The notes: generated from the letters alone by a model not told the origin. Counted from the first letter of the stretch, positions 38,189-48,379 are shown. The stretch: 64,000 nt of DNA from Candidatus Nomurabacteria bacterium (GCA_020632095.1 JACKGF010000001.1:669366-733365); one strand, 5' to 3'. Made by a program: numbers and translations.

Positions 38189-38566
38189 TTGTCTACATCG
38201 CTGAGTTTTACATCTTGGAAACAGTCAAAGGATATACACATGAAAGAAGTTTCAGTTGATGCAACAGGTGTCCGTTTTTCAGTATTAAGAGGCGGTAAAG
38301 AAGTTGGTCACGCATATCTTTATATGCTCAACAATGATTTACACAATAAACCCTTTGGTTTACTAGAAGACGTGTATGTAGATTCAAACTATCGAGGTGA
38401 AGGTGTTGCCACAGAATTACTTGAAGCGGTGTTGAAAAAAGCTCAGGAAAAATGCTATAAGCTAATTGCGACAAGTCGTAACGATGGAACACGCACTGCA
38501 GTTCACGAATGGTATACCAGACTTGGTTTCGATAATTATGGAACGGAGTTTCGACTTAACTTCTAG
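38189..38566 (+). CDS. GNAT-family N-acetyltransferase
   Basis: VDSNYRGEGVATELLEAVLKKAQEKCYKLIA (GNAT motif A: R/Q-x-x-G-x-G/A). Confidence 0.7.
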   Translation: MSTSLSFTSWKQSKDIHMKEVSVDATGVRFSVLRGGKEVGHAYLYMLNNDLHNKPFGLLEDVYVDSNYRGEGVATELLEAVLKKAQEKCYKLIATSRNDGTRTAVHEWYTRLGFDNYGTEFRLNF

Positions 38567-38632
38567 TTACAAAGAGACACTTTCTGAATCAGCCCTGCAT
38601 TTAATATGCAGGGCTCTTCTTTTGTAAAACCG

Positions 38633-38657
38633 TTCTAATGCAGTCCCACCTGGTGCA
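38633..38657 (+). repeat. Inter-unit conserved motif, site 5
   Basis: ttctaatgcagtcccacctggtgca; preceded by terminator hairpin CAGCCCTGCAT-TTAATA-ATGCAGGGCTC. Confidence 0.7.
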
Positions 38658-38674
38658 CACTGAATTCGAGTTCC

Positions 38675-38992
38675 TTAATATCCACTTTTGCCGTTCAAAT
38701 TTCTAGCTAGTTCACTGATTTGTTTTGCTATTTTAAGATCTGAGTCAGTTATTTTATCGCCCACATCATGAGTACAGTATGAAAACCGAACCTTATTATA
38801 GGAACTACAAAACTCTGGGTGGTGATTCATTTCTTCTGCTACAGTAGCGACGTTGTTAATAAATTTAATTGCATCAGCAAAAGTACGGAAGACAAATTCC
38901 GCTGTAATTTTGTTCTCAATGACTTTCCAATCTGGTAAATCTAAAAGTAATTGTTGAATAGCCGTTTCTCCAAGAATAGTATGCTTTGACAT
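38675..38992 (-). CDS. Pterin-4a-carbinolamine dehydratase (PCD/DCoH)
   Basis: EEMNHHPEF......YNKVRFSYCTH matches the PCD signature [E]-x3-H-H-P-x5-Y-x12-H. Confidence 0.75.
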   Translation of the reverse strand: MSKHTILGETAIQQLLLDLPDWKVIENKITAEFVFRTFADAIKFINNVATVAEEMNHHPEFCSSYNKVRFSYCTHDVGDKITDSDLKIAKQISELARNLNGKSGY

Positions 38993-39014
38993 GTTTTTAT
39001 ATACTAAAATTAAA

Positions 39015-39473
39015 TTAAATTTTTTCTTCCCCTAGATATACCTCAAACAAAAGTACTTTTGGTACTATCCCTTTTGCCCTAGAGATCATCAGCCTAGTAT
39101 TGCCAGACACTAAATGGTACCGGTTCCTAAACTTCATAATGATTGGAGCATCAAGTGTCGTGCCCGCGTCAAACTTACCTTGAAGTTCTTCCCAGTCTCT
39201 TTTCTGTACACCCCCAGGATTTGAATATTTGTGCACGGACTGCCAATCCCCCTCTTGAAGCATATTTGACTCTGTATTTTCCAAAGCACTCCAAACATCT
39301 TCACCCAAAGAAATCATCTCACCCTCATGAGCTAAAAACATCAACACCGAAGAATCTATCTCAAATTCTCCATCTTCTCTAAATTCTCGAGACACCCTTT
39401 CAAACTCGTTAACTTCATGCTCGATATCAGGATATTTGAAATAGTCTGATGATTTTTCTATCGATTCGTTCAC
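39015..39473 (-). CDS. Hypothetical protein
   Basis: ORF only. Confidence 0.35.
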   Translation of the reverse strand: MNESIEKSSDYFKYPDIEHEVNEFERVSREFREDGEFEIDSSVLMFLAHEGEMISLGEDVWSALENTESNMLQEGDWQSVHKYSNPGGVQKRDWEELQGKFDAGTTLDAPIIMKFRNRYHLVSGNTRLMISRAKGIVPKVLLFEVYLGEEKI

Positions 39474-39508
39474 ACTGTGATTATATCAGTCGCACCCACG
39501 CAAAAACA

Positions 39509-39532
39509 CTCTACGTCGTCCCGTATCGCGCA
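39509..39532 (+). repeat. Inter-unit conserved motif, site 6 (diverged)
   Basis: ctctacgtcgtcccgtatcgcgca. Confidence 0.55.
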
Positions 39533-39598
39533 CTAATTTGACAACCTGCAGTATTTAGTTCACTATTTTAATAACCTTAAATTACAGGAGACAGGCTA

Positions 39599-40012
39599 AT
39601 GAAGGTTGTTGTCCTTTTTATATCAGCTGGACTTTTTTTTGGAATATGGCCACTTTTAATGAATAAAAGTGGTTTACCTGGTTTTGCTTCTGCCGCTCTT
39701 TTTTCTGGCATAGCGTTTCTTTTCGTGACACCTATAGCAATTGGTAGCGGACAGCTTCAACAGATTAATTTCTCTGGACCGCTAATGTTTGCTGTTCTCG
39801 CCGCTATTGTTGGAGCACTTGGATTACTTGTGTTCAATACTGGATTATCGGAAGTAAAAACCGGACAGATTAGCGGAATGTTCACGACAATGATCATGGT
39901 TCAACTTTCTGTGCCCGCAGTCTATCAGATGTTTCTATCTGGAGACCTTTCTCTTAAAAGGATTGCCGGGATTGGCGGCGCATTTGCCGTAACTTATCTT
40001 TTGACGAGTTGA
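39599..40012 (+). CDS. Hypothetical 4-TM membrane protein
   Basis: Hydrophobic helices; terminator AAAAGATCG..CGATCTTTTTTTT at 40041-40080. Confidence 0.4.
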   Translation: MKVVVLFISAGLFFGIWPLLMNKSGLPGFASAALFSGIAFLFVTPIAIGSGQLQQINFSGPLMFAVLAAIVGALGLLVFNTGLSEVKTGQISGMFTTMIMVQLSVPAVYQMFLSGDLSLKRIAGIGGAFAVTYLLTS

Positions 40013-40100
40013 ACAAACTTACCTAAATCAAGACTCGTCCCAAAAGATCGTATGGTTAAGCTCAGCGATCTTTTTTTTATTTTTAATATGTTAAAACAGA

Positions 40101-40123
40101 CCTGATCGTCCCACACTTCACAC
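40101..40123 (+). repeat. Inter-unit conserved motif, site 7
   Basis: cctgatcgtcccacacttcacac; second partial copy gactcgtcccaaaag at 40033-40047. Confidence 0.55.
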
Positions 40124-40130
40124 AAACACC

Positions 40131-40622
40131 TCAAAGCTCAATTTTTCCTCTCGTGACTTCAAAATACAATTTGGCTACAGCAGCCTGCGTCACTGGACTA
40201 AACTCACTATTCATAGATTTTTCATATAGTTCTTCAAGGGAATAATCCTTAGTACCTAAAATCTCCCCATCAAGATCTTCAGACACCACACTAAGCTGTC
40301 TCGCAACAAAGTAGTAGCAAATATCATTCACTGTTCCGGTAGATTTATGAATGACTAGTTCTTGCCAATCAGCCGCTTCTAAACCTAACTCTTCCAAAAG
40401 CTCTCTCTTGGCTGCCTGAAGTGAAGCTTCTCCCTGCTCGATAATTCCAGATTGAATTTTTTCTCCAACCTTATTATCACCAAGAATTTTTTCAACAGTC
40501 AATCTAATCTTCTTTTCATCCGTAACAAGAAAAGTATGTACAGAATCTCTTAAAAACACCCTCTCTATACCATTTTCTTTGGTAACTTTTATAAAATCTC
40601 CCAAAAAAACTTTTTCTAACAT
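40131..40622 (-). CDS. NUDIX hydrolase
   Basis: Nudix box GIIEQGEASLQAAKRELLEELGL. Confidence 0.75.
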   Translation of the reverse strand: MLEKVFLGDFIKVTKENGIERVFLRDSVHTFLVTDEKKIRLTVEKILGDNKVGEKIQSGIIEQGEASLQAAKRELLEELGLEAADWQELVIHKSTGTVNDICYYFVARQLSVVSEDLDGEILGTKDYSLEELYEKSMNSEFSPVTQAAVAKLYFEVTRGKIEL

Positions 40623-40639
40623 ACTAAAATAGTTTAATC

Positions 40640-41365
40640 CTATAATCTTTTATACAACAACCTAAAAATTACTTTATGGAAATTTGCTAGCTGCTTATTT
40701 TCTATTATCACCACTTGCTCTGCGGTTAAGTCAATAATAGTAATCCGATCTCCATACACAAGCTGAATAATATTTTGCTCGAACTGTTCGGCTTCCACTG
40801 GGATAAATTTTATAAACCTTTCCAGACGCGGTTTCTTCTGCTTACCCGACGCCTGATTACTAATAACCAAACGTTCTAATTTTTTCTTATCTCGCCTTTC
40901 ACGGTAGTCGCGGGCCAAATACTGATTAACACTAGCCAAATCGCGCTCAGATGTGTAACGATAAAAAGTATCACCTTTGTCTGAATGAATGATAACATCA
41001 TCAAAAGCCGCCCTAATACCTGCAGGGCCGTACAAAAAACGGATACTTTGTGGCACTTCTTTTTCTCTTTCTTTTGCGTACCTCTCGACTATTTGTCCTG
41101 ATTCTTGATCAGACAGCTTCATGACTGACTTAAGTTTACGAATACTTTCCGCGCTGTAATATGTACGACGCCCGATATTATTAGACCTGATTAATCCATT
41201 CTTCAACAATTCTTTCAAACAACGATAAACCACCACTCTCGATACTTTCGCACGTATAGCAATTGTTGCCACCAAGAGTGAGTCTTTGCTTTTGTATATA
41301 ACTTCATACACCTGGTCTGCATGTTTTGGATAACCCAACCGTTTGAATATATCTTTTAATTTCAT
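40640..41365 (-). CDS. TrmB-like HTH transcriptional regulator
   Basis: N-terminal wHTH (VYEVIYKSKDSLLVATIAIRAKVSRVVVYRCLKELLKNGLI) plus C-terminal domain. Confidence 0.5.
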   Translation of the reverse strand: MKLKDIFKRLGYPKHADQVYEVIYKSKDSLLVATIAIRAKVSRVVVYRCLKELLKNGLIRSNNIGRRTYYSAESIRKLKSVMKLSDQESGQIVERYAKEREKEVPQSIRFLYGPAGIRAAFDDVIIHSDKGDTFYRYTSERDLASVNQYLARDYRERRDKKKLERLVISNQASGKQKKPRLERFIKFIPVEAEQFEQNIIQLVYGDRITIIDLTAEQVVIIENKQLANFHKVIFRLLYKRL

Positions 41366-41472
41366 ATTTAATATGTATCACTTTTGTTACACTTATACAA
41401 CTTTTTCTGCACCCATTCCTTTTTTCATCTATTCTGTACAAGGTCATTCACGTTCATTGAAAGGAGAAAGAC

Positions 41473-41778
41473 ATGGCAAACGTCAAAGCTATTAGTCCGC
41501 AGGAGGTTATCAATTACCGCAAAGAGTCCATCCCGAACGAAGTAATCGAGGTGTTTAATGAATTGATTGCGGAAAATTTTAACGGTCACTGCGCTTACGT
41601 CAGACAAGATGAAGCAGTGAAACGCATCGTGGCCAAAGGTATCAATAGAAATCACCTGTTCAATCGTGGTTGGCTCGATATCGAGGATATTTATCGGTCA
41701 ATGGGTTGGAAAGTCGAGTACGACAAACCTGCTTACGACGAAAGTTATGAAGCGAGTTTTGCCTTCTCCATAAAGTAA
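41473..41778 (+). CDS. Hypothetical protein
   Basis: ORF only. Confidence 0.3.
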   Translation: MANVKAISPQEVINYRKESIPNEVIEVFNELIAENFNGHCAYVRQDEAVKRIVAKGINRNHLFNRGWLDIEDIYRSMGWKVEYDKPAYDESYEASFAFSIK

Positions 41779-41902
41779 TTAGTTTCCAAAAAGCCCCACG
41801 ATATTTTGTGGGGTTTTTCTAAAATTTAATTTATCTATGTCCCTCCTTTACACATCAACCCCATCTTGATAAGGTCTCAGTAGACAAACAAGGAGAAGAA
41901 AA

Positions 41903-42481
41903 GTGGTAAAAATACAACCTATCGCAGAAGGCATTGTTGAATCTTTAGCTATCAACGGTGAAACGAGACAAAGTATCATGTTTGAAATTGATGGTCCAGT
42001 TGGTGACTCTCACTCGGGATTTGTTCGTAAGCTAAGTGGACACGATGGTGCTTATATCGCCACCTCTACAAGATCAAAAGGAGATTTGTTTTATAACTTC
42101 AGATCATGGACAGGACTTTCGATGGAAGAAATAGAGGCGGTCGAAAAAACACTTGGTTACAAAATACCTGTCGGTTGTCTACTGGAAAATATCATTATTT
42201 CCGGAATTCCAAATTTTTCTAAGTTGGAACCAACCAGCAGGCTACACTTCCCTCCTCACAGAGTTGGAAAAGAAGTCAAACAGGCAATACTGGCAGTATG
42301 GGAAGAAAACGGACCCTGTCGTACAGTTGGTGAACGTTTGGAAAAAGAGCACAAGATAAAAAACTTAAAGACTGATTTCATCCGTGAAGCGCGAGGTAAG
42401 CGTGGTGTCTTCGGACCTGTTCTTTCCGCTGGTATTATCCAACAGGGAGATAAGGTGCTCGTGTTCCCGCCAGTTCGTTAA
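41903..42481 (+). CDS. MOSC-domain protein (YiiM-like)
   Basis: GCLLENIIISGI...conserved Cys in ENGPCRTVGERL; size consistent with MOSC. Confidence 0.55.
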   Translation: MVKIQPIAEGIVESLAINGETRQSIMFEIDGPVGDSHSGFVRKLSGHDGAYIATSTRSKGDLFYNFRSWTGLSMEEIEAVEKTLGYKIPVGCLLENIIISGIPNFSKLEPTSRLHFPPHRVGKEVKQAILAVWEENGPCRTVGERLEKEHKIKNLKTDFIREARGKRGVFGPVLSAGIIQQGDKVLVFPPVR

Positions 42482-42679
42482 TCATTAATCCTTTAGTCGG
42501 TACTCGCTTGCGAGAACCGACTTTTTATTTCCCTTTTCAACCACTGAATTACAACATTATAAAACAAACCAATTCCCTGACAGTAGCGGGATTGAAAAAG
42601 AGAGTAGTTTGTGGCACTGTACTGATCAAGTAGAGCGAGAGGCTCTGTGAGTTCAATACAAGATTAGAGAGGAAACGAA

Positions 42680-43003
42680 ATGGAGAATGAAACAATTGCG
42701 ACAATCAGTGTTGTCTTGTGTTTTATCGGCGGATGTTTTTATATACGTTGGTCTGAAAAAATATCCATACGAAGGGCACTTGCAAAAGAAGGCTTCGCGA
42801 CTGCTGCAGTATTCACTGAGATAGGCGGAGCAAAAACACTCACCGCCACTAGCGAGTCTGGCATGGTATTGGTTGCAAAAGTAATAAAGCAACCTGAAGA
42901 CCTCAATGTCAGAATCAAAATTGCTGTCACCGCACCTTTCTGGGACACATACTACTTCATGGAACTTTCCGACAGAACATTTGTGCAAGCCCAACCTGTG
43001 TGA
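42680..43003 (+). CDS. Hypothetical small membrane protein
   Basis: N-terminal TM. Confidence 0.3.
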   Translation: MENETIATISVVLCFIGGCFYIRWSEKISIRRALAKEGFATAAVFTEIGGAKTLTATSESGMVLVAKVIKQPEDLNVRIKIAVTAPFWDTYYFMELSDRTFVQAQPV

Positions 43004-43093
43004 ACCACAGTCAAAGCTGTACCGCCTTCCCTTCCTGGGTCGGCGGTTTTTTATTTAGTGTCTTCTATAGATTATTGTTTCTTCAACAAATCA

Positions 43094-43717
43094 CTAATCC
43101 TCAATTTTAAGACCAAGTAGCGAAGCTAAGTAAATTGCTTGAGCAGTATCTACTGTCACCTCCCCGAAAGATTCCTTCTCTAGGCAAATATTTTCTATCT
43201 GCGAACTCTTTAAACTTACCTTTTTTAACTTCGCTTGCGAAAACTGAGATTCTCTTAAATCACAATCTAGGAAATCAACATTTATTAAATCAACCCCTAA
43301 AAAATCTGCCTCTTGCAGAACACACGAATCAAATACACAATCTTTAAACTTACTGTACCTAAAATTTGCTACATTCAATTTGCATGACTTGAAATAACAA
43401 TCCCTAAAAATTACGTTTGGCATCTGAATTCCCTGCATCCAGCTACTTTTAAATTCTGACTGCTCTATTAAAAAATCTTTTAGTAAAGCCCCCACAAAAC
43501 TACATTTAGCAAAAATACAACCAACCACCCTCCCTTCCTTTATCTCAACTTTGTCGAAAACAACTTTTTCAAACACACACTGCTCCGCACGAAGCTCTTC
43601 TATTTCAGACCCAGAAACATCTTCGCCTATAATATTTTTCTGCTCTAGGCTGGCTATGTTAAATTCACTTAACATTCCTTCTCTAAGACGCTTTATATCT
43701 ATAACCGGACTTTTCAT
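43094..43717 (-). CDS. Pentapeptide-repeat protein
   Basis: Tandem A(D/N)LxxA/F-type pentapeptides (CYFKSCKLNVANFRYSKFKDCVFDSCVLQEADFLGVDLINVDFLDCDLRESQFSQAKL). Confidence 0.75.
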   Translation of the reverse strand: MKSPVIDIKRLREGMLSEFNIASLEQKNIIGEDVSGSEIEELRAEQCVFEKVVFDKVEIKEGRVVGCIFAKCSFVGALLKDFLIEQSEFKSSWMQGIQMPNVIFRDCYFKSCKLNVANFRYSKFKDCVFDSCVLQEADFLGVDLINVDFLDCDLRESQFSQAKLKKVSLKSSQIENICLEKESFGEVTVDTAQAIYLASLLGLKIED

Positions 43718-43810
43718 CAGCTCATTCTAGCAAGTTAAGTCACATCACACTAAAGTAGTCCTAACGTCATTCAACATAATGTATGAATAAAAAGAGGAGT
43801 TTGTTATCAC

Positions 43811-43827
43811 TATCGTCCCCCACAAGG
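43811..43827 (+). repeat. Degenerate or split copy of the inter-unit motif, site 8
   Basis: tatcgtcccccacaagg, with tcctaacgtcattcaac 40 nt upstream (43760-43776); the motif appears interrupted. Confidence 0.4.
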
Positions 43828-44111
43828 AGAAGCTGGAAGGACATTAAATTAAAAATTTAACCTTTCCTTAACAGATTAAAAATGTTCCTAGTGTTTTTAC
43901 CTGCGGACACGGCAGAAGGTTTCGTTCTTGAGCAGATTTTACCTGAACTATCTAGTCTAGAAATATCTAGCGCTGCTACCGATAATTGCTCTGTCATTTA
44001 TTTTTAAAAGAATGTGTTATATACACAACTACAAACATTGACAAAGGTCAACTTACACACTAAAGTCTCGGAAGTAGTACAAATCAACACACACCTTGAA
44101 GGAGATAAATC

Positions 44112-44867
44112 TTGATTTTCATTACAGTAAACATTATCTGTGTCCTGTTAATTATTTCAGTTCACGAATATGGACACATGTTTTTCGCTAGAAAGTACGG
44201 GATTATTCCCACAAATTTTTCTATAGGATTAGGTCCAGAACTGTTTGGTTTCAACAACAATGGTACGCGATTTTCATTACGACCCTTCCCTTTTGGTGGA
44301 TACGTTAAGTTCCCTCAAGTAGATAAAAGCCTCGTCTCTTTAACAAAAGCTCAAAGAATAAAAGTCTACCTGGGTGGACCGTTGTGGAATCTAATTCTAT
44401 GTAACGTCGCTGCTGTCGTAGCTGTGTCGATAGGCATAATGCCGGAACAAATGAGGGAGCTCCCTCTCCTTATTGCATTTGCTGTTGCTGTTGTTGGCAC
44501 AACTATCCTTTTCATCATAGCTGTCCCATTCACTTTGTATGTCATTTTCGGCCTGTTACTAAACCCCGCAGACAATATAGACAAGGTCAGTGGTCCAATA
44601 GGAGTTTTTTCTGGTAGTGCTGTTCCGGAATCTACATTGATTGACTTTGGGTACACTGGACAAGCTTGTATCATGATCTGGATGATATCAATGGCCATTG
44701 GTTCGTTTAACCTGTTACCTTTGTCAATTCTTGATGGAGGGCATATTTTCAAGGAATTTTTTCCGGAAGACTCGCGCTTCATTAAGGCATGGGGCAAAGT
44801 GACCGGCGCTTTGTTGATAGCTATAATCGCTTATGTGATTATCGCCGATATTGTTAGGGTTTTTTAG
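44112..44867 (+). CDS. M50-family (site-2 protease-like) zinc metalloprotease, membrane-embedded
   Basis: HEYGH (HExxH in TM helix) and downstream NLLPLSILDGGHIF (LDG motif). Confidence 0.7.
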   Translation: MIFITVNIICVLLIISVHEYGHMFFARKYGIIPTNFSIGLGPELFGFNNNGTRFSLRPFPFGGYVKFPQVDKSLVSLTKAQRIKVYLGGPLWNLILCNVAAVVAVSIGIMPEQMRELPLLIAFAVAVVGTTILFIIAVPFTLYVIFGLLLNPADNIDKVSGPIGVFSGSAVPESTLIDFGYTGQACIMIWMISMAIGSFNLLPLSILDGGHIFKEFFPEDSRFIKAWGKVTGALLIAIIAYVIIADIVRVF

Positions 44868-45223
44868 AGTCGGCTGAACCCATCGCCTCAAAGCCGTTCG
44901 ACTCACAAGGTCGGGCGGTTTTTTAATGTATTACCCTCCACAGTAGAATCACTTAATACTTTCATTTATGAAAGTATCAGACTTGGCAGACCAATGCTGT
45001 AACTCGGTCAATCACCAAACCACCGAAGAATCGTGGATAACTACAAGTATCGGCCAATATTTGTCGAGGATCTTTCGTCGAAGTTATGAGGAAGATACTT
45101 TCGCCAAATTTGAATTGAAGTTTATACTTTCGTAAGCCAACCGTAATTCACAATACGCAAAACCCTACTTCTGTAGGTGTTTTCTTTTCATCAAAAATTC
45201 TCACAAAGATGAGATTATTTAAT

Positions 45224-46279
45224 TTAGAATCTTGCAAAGATTTTCTGTTTAGAAACTTTAATACTTACCTGACCCCCATAAGGCATAGGAACTTGAGGGT
45301 CGGTGTGTCCAAAATTTAGATTTTGTACCACTGGGATTTTTCCATTGTATTGACGAACTGTTTGCAAAATAACTTCGCGCTGTCTGGCTCTGTACTCAGC
45401 TTTTTCTGTCACAGATTGTGGCTTATCAAATTCCCACGCTTTCGGCCTACCAACCAAAACTCCTTTCACTCGCGCAATAATTCCCCTTTCCCCTAATGCT
45501 CTAAATACTCTTCCAACATAATTAGCAGTGGGTATTTCCTCGGATGTTTCTATCATTAAAACAATGTCTTCAAACTGTTCTAGTGTAGGGATAGCTACAC
45601 CGTGTCGAAGCATTTCATCTACCGATTCAAGACAACCACCCCACAACAATCCTTCCCCTTCTTCCTCACCGTCCCAAAACCAACCATCACTAACTTCATA
45701 CTCTTTATGCATAGATAATGACTCTGGATCATTCCAATTAATTAAAGTTTGATCACCATCACTCAAACTACTATCGTTGTATTTTTCGGACGGCACTAGT
45801 TCAAATTCACCCTCATCAAATAGAGCCCGCTTAATGTATTCAATAGTATATTCATCCATCGCCCCCTGCTTGGCAAATTGCGTAAACAAAGCGGCACCAT
45901 AGAAAGACGGGATGCTATTAAGAAATAAGAAATTACACAAGTGTGAATTGTCACTAAAACCAAAAAACGGCTTGGGGTTATTTACAAACACTTCTGGTTT
46001 TATATGCTTTACATACGTCACCTGAACATCTCCGCCCAAAGTTGTGATAACAGCCTTAATGTCTGGGTCGGCGAAAGCTGCTTCTAAATCAGCTACCTTC
46101 TCTTTCCAAGTTGCATCGAGTTTAGCAGTGGCTGGATACTCAACTGGAACCAAACCAAATATACTTTGCAATCTATCCAAACCAAGCTTATAAACATGCG
46201 GCCAAACCCCCGGAGCTGCAAAACTAGGAGAAAGAATCGCCACTTTATCCCCCTTCTTTAATTTTGATAATTTTTTCAT
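45224..46279 (-). CDS. S66-family LD-carboxypeptidase (LdcA/MccF-like)
   Basis: GDKVAILSPS..; nucleophile-elbow FGFSDNSHL; C-terminal ..NLNFGHTDPQ.P.P.G. Confidence 0.75.
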   Translation of the reverse strand: MKKLSKLKKGDKVAILSPSFAAPGVWPHVYKLGLDRLQSIFGLVPVEYPATAKLDATWKEKVADLEAAFADPDIKAVITTLGGDVQVTYVKHIKPEVFVNNPKPFFGFSDNSHLCNFLFLNSIPSFYGAALFTQFAKQGAMDEYTIEYIKRALFDEGEFELVPSEKYNDSSLSDGDQTLINWNDPESLSMHKEYEVSDGWFWDGEEEGEGLLWGGCLESVDEMLRHGVAIPTLEQFEDIVLMIETSEEIPTANYVGRVFRALGERGIIARVKGVLVGRPKAWEFDKPQSVTEKAEYRARQREVILQTVRQYNGKIPVVQNLNFGHTDPQVPMPYGGQVSIKVSKQKIFARF

Positions 46280-46472
46280 ATTAATTTAATATTTAGAACC
46301 TAAATACTATTTTATCATTTTTTGAGTACTTAGTGATTAAATAATAATTTTACACATTACAAACATCTAAACAAGCTACCCAATACAAAACAACACCCAC
46401 CTTTGCGTAGTTGTTGTTTCATTTTTCATCTTGTATTGCTACTATTATTGTTCAACAAAAGACAAAACTTAA

Positions 46473-47459
46473 TTAGCATGACTGTTTGTTCAATCGGAGC
46501 ACATCTATCGCAGCAATAGCTTTTCCCAACCGCTCTTGATGTGAGCCACATACAGTAATAAACGAGCGTTTAGTTTCATTCAATTTGTCTACAAATCTTT
46601 TGTGCATATCATGACGAATGTGTTCTCCGTCTCTTGTCCCATCTTGCTCAAATGGTATTTCGTCACCAGTCAAAATGTACAGGTCGTGTGGTGAACTGTC
46701 TGCAACATACTCAACCGCATCAGCCATCTTACCCATGTAGCGTTCATGCCAAACACTAGTCGCAAAAGCGTCTGTATCACATATCACAACGCCATTAGCA
46801 CTCTCTGCCAAACCCTCTTCAAATTGCTTTTGCGCTTTTGCTATACTAACAAACTCTTCAGTGCGCCACTCGACTTCTGATCCTAAAGATAACTTTCCTT
46901 CTGAGAAAAACCGACCATATTCAGGCACCCACACTGTACGGTAGTGTTCTGCCAGTGCTCGAGCTAGTGTGGTGGTGCCAGTAGACTCTGCTCCCAAAAC
47001 ACAGATTCGTTTGACAAAATACGATCGGACACAAGGCTCAAGAAACTGCATAGACTTCATCGGATCAGAGCGCACTAGTGTGCCACTAACCGGAAAAGCT
47101 ACTCTCTTCTTATCGACTAATACATGGACACAACCCAGGAACGATGCGTAGGAGTCACCGTAGGCTTCTGAAGTAAAGACTGCGTCTGGTGTATACCCGA
47201 GAATTTCCTTGGTATAGTCAGCCCAACCTTTCGAATCATCGTCATCAAGCTCACTACTATCATCAATTAAAATGACATGAGCCGTTGGGTGAATTTTTTT
47301 AATCCATGAAGCACGCAATTCCCCAGGCACTGTTTCAGTTTTCTTGTAACAGACTATCACCGTCACTTCCTCACAGGCCGCAAGGGCAGTATCAATGAGA
47401 TACTTGTGCCCGCGATGTGGCGGATAAAACTTTCCAATTACGAGTCCTTTTTCAAACAT
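46473..47459 (-). CDS. nadR: NadR-type bifunctional NMN adenylyltransferase / ribosylnicotinamide kinase (no HTH domain)
   Basis: Nucleotidyltransferase motif GKFYPPHRGH (H-x-G-H); C-terminal kinase P-loop VLGAESTGTTTLARALAE. Confidence 0.75.
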   Translation of the reverse strand: MFEKGLVIGKFYPPHRGHKYLIDTALAACEEVTVIVCYKKTETVPGELRASWIKKIHPTAHVILIDDSSELDDDDSKGWADYTKEILGYTPDAVFTSEAYGDSYASFLGCVHVLVDKKRVAFPVSGTLVRSDPMKSMQFLEPCVRSYFVKRICVLGAESTGTTTLARALAEHYRTVWVPEYGRFFSEGKLSLGSEVEWRTEEFVSIAKAQKQFEEGLAESANGVVICDTDAFATSVWHERYMGKMADAVEYVADSSPHDLYILTGDEIPFEQDGTRDGEHIRHDMHKRFVDKLNETKRSFITVCGSHQERLGKAIAAIDVLRLNKQSC

Positions 47460-47469
47460 ATTAATTCAA

Positions 47470-48180
47470 TTAAATCCGCTTTTTCTCCGCACACCATTCT
47501 CGAAGTGCAAAAATCGCGTGAATAAAGAAAGCAACGTAAAGAGCCATAACAATGTAGGCACCAGCTGTAAAGAATAGAACAATCGAAAGCAGATTGACTG
47601 GACCGAGCCATAACCACCAACTTTCAATTATCTTACGACCAAGCAAATACTGAGCAGTGATACTGGCTGCTACAACTAACGCATCCAACATAGGGTACAG
47701 CGAGCCTGGTGCGAATTGTCCAATTAAACGATAAATTACGTAAGTCCCTAAAGCAAGCACAGCTAGAGTTAGTACTCTTCCCTTCATTCCAAGCTTAGTT
47801 ACCTTTAGCTCGGTACGGTTTGCTCCACCAAAAACCCAGTATGGCCAAGCCCAAAGTTGTATAGCTAGAAAGTAGCCCCAGTTTAGCCATTGTTGTCCAG
47901 GTAAACCAATCTCTTTAAAGAAGAAGCCAAACGCTACTGAACTCACAATCCCCCACGGCCAACAAAGCACATTTTGAGTACGGGTGAGCCAAACACAGCT
48001 TAGACCTGCCCATGTCCCAACGAACTCGTACCAGTTGATTGAAAAATCAGGAATATAATTAGATGCCAAATATTCATACAACGCAGTTACTATAAACATT
48101 GATATAACCACAATTGCATGCTCCTTATGTACCTCTCTGTCTCCAAGTAGTCTTGTTGCCCAGCTATCATATGTATTCAT
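47470..48180 (-). CDS. pnuC: PnuC-family nicotinamide riboside transporter
   Basis: About 7 TM, 236 aa, immediately upstream of nadR (conserved pnuC-nadR pairing); W-rich motifs ..CWPWGIVSS.. Confidence 0.6.
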   Translation of the reverse strand: MNTYDSWATRLLGDREVHKEHAIVVISMFIVTALYEYLASNYIPDFSINWYEFVGTWAGLSCVWLTRTQNVLCWPWGIVSSVAFGFFFKEIGLPGQQWLNWGYFLAIQLWAWPYWVFGGANRTELKVTKLGMKGRVLTLAVLALGTYVIYRLIGQFAPGSLYPMLDALVVAASITAQYLLGRKIIESWWLWLGPVNLLSIVLFFTAGAYIVMALYVAFFIHAIFALREWCAEKKRI

Positions 48181-48379
48181 AAAATCTTAATTAATTTGAT
48201 AATATACTTAGTGTATATTACACACTAATAAATGTCAATCTTGGTTTTTTTGTGCGGTATGTTTAATTTGACTTCCCTATCTTTAGGAGTATATTTCCCA
48301 CTGGGAGAATCTCACCGTTTGTTCTTAATAAAATTTTAGTCTGAGGTGAGACAGACTAAATTGATTTGGAGTATTTGTT

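Noticed and set aside
35312-44000. Whole 35.3-44 kb region as one integrated island with att duplication of tRNA-Val
   Set aside because: The tRNA-Val 3' fragment repeat lies only about 440 bp from the tRNA, not at the distal end of the accessory region. The short distance instead defines a mini-element. Island status of the rest rests only on gene content and motif array.
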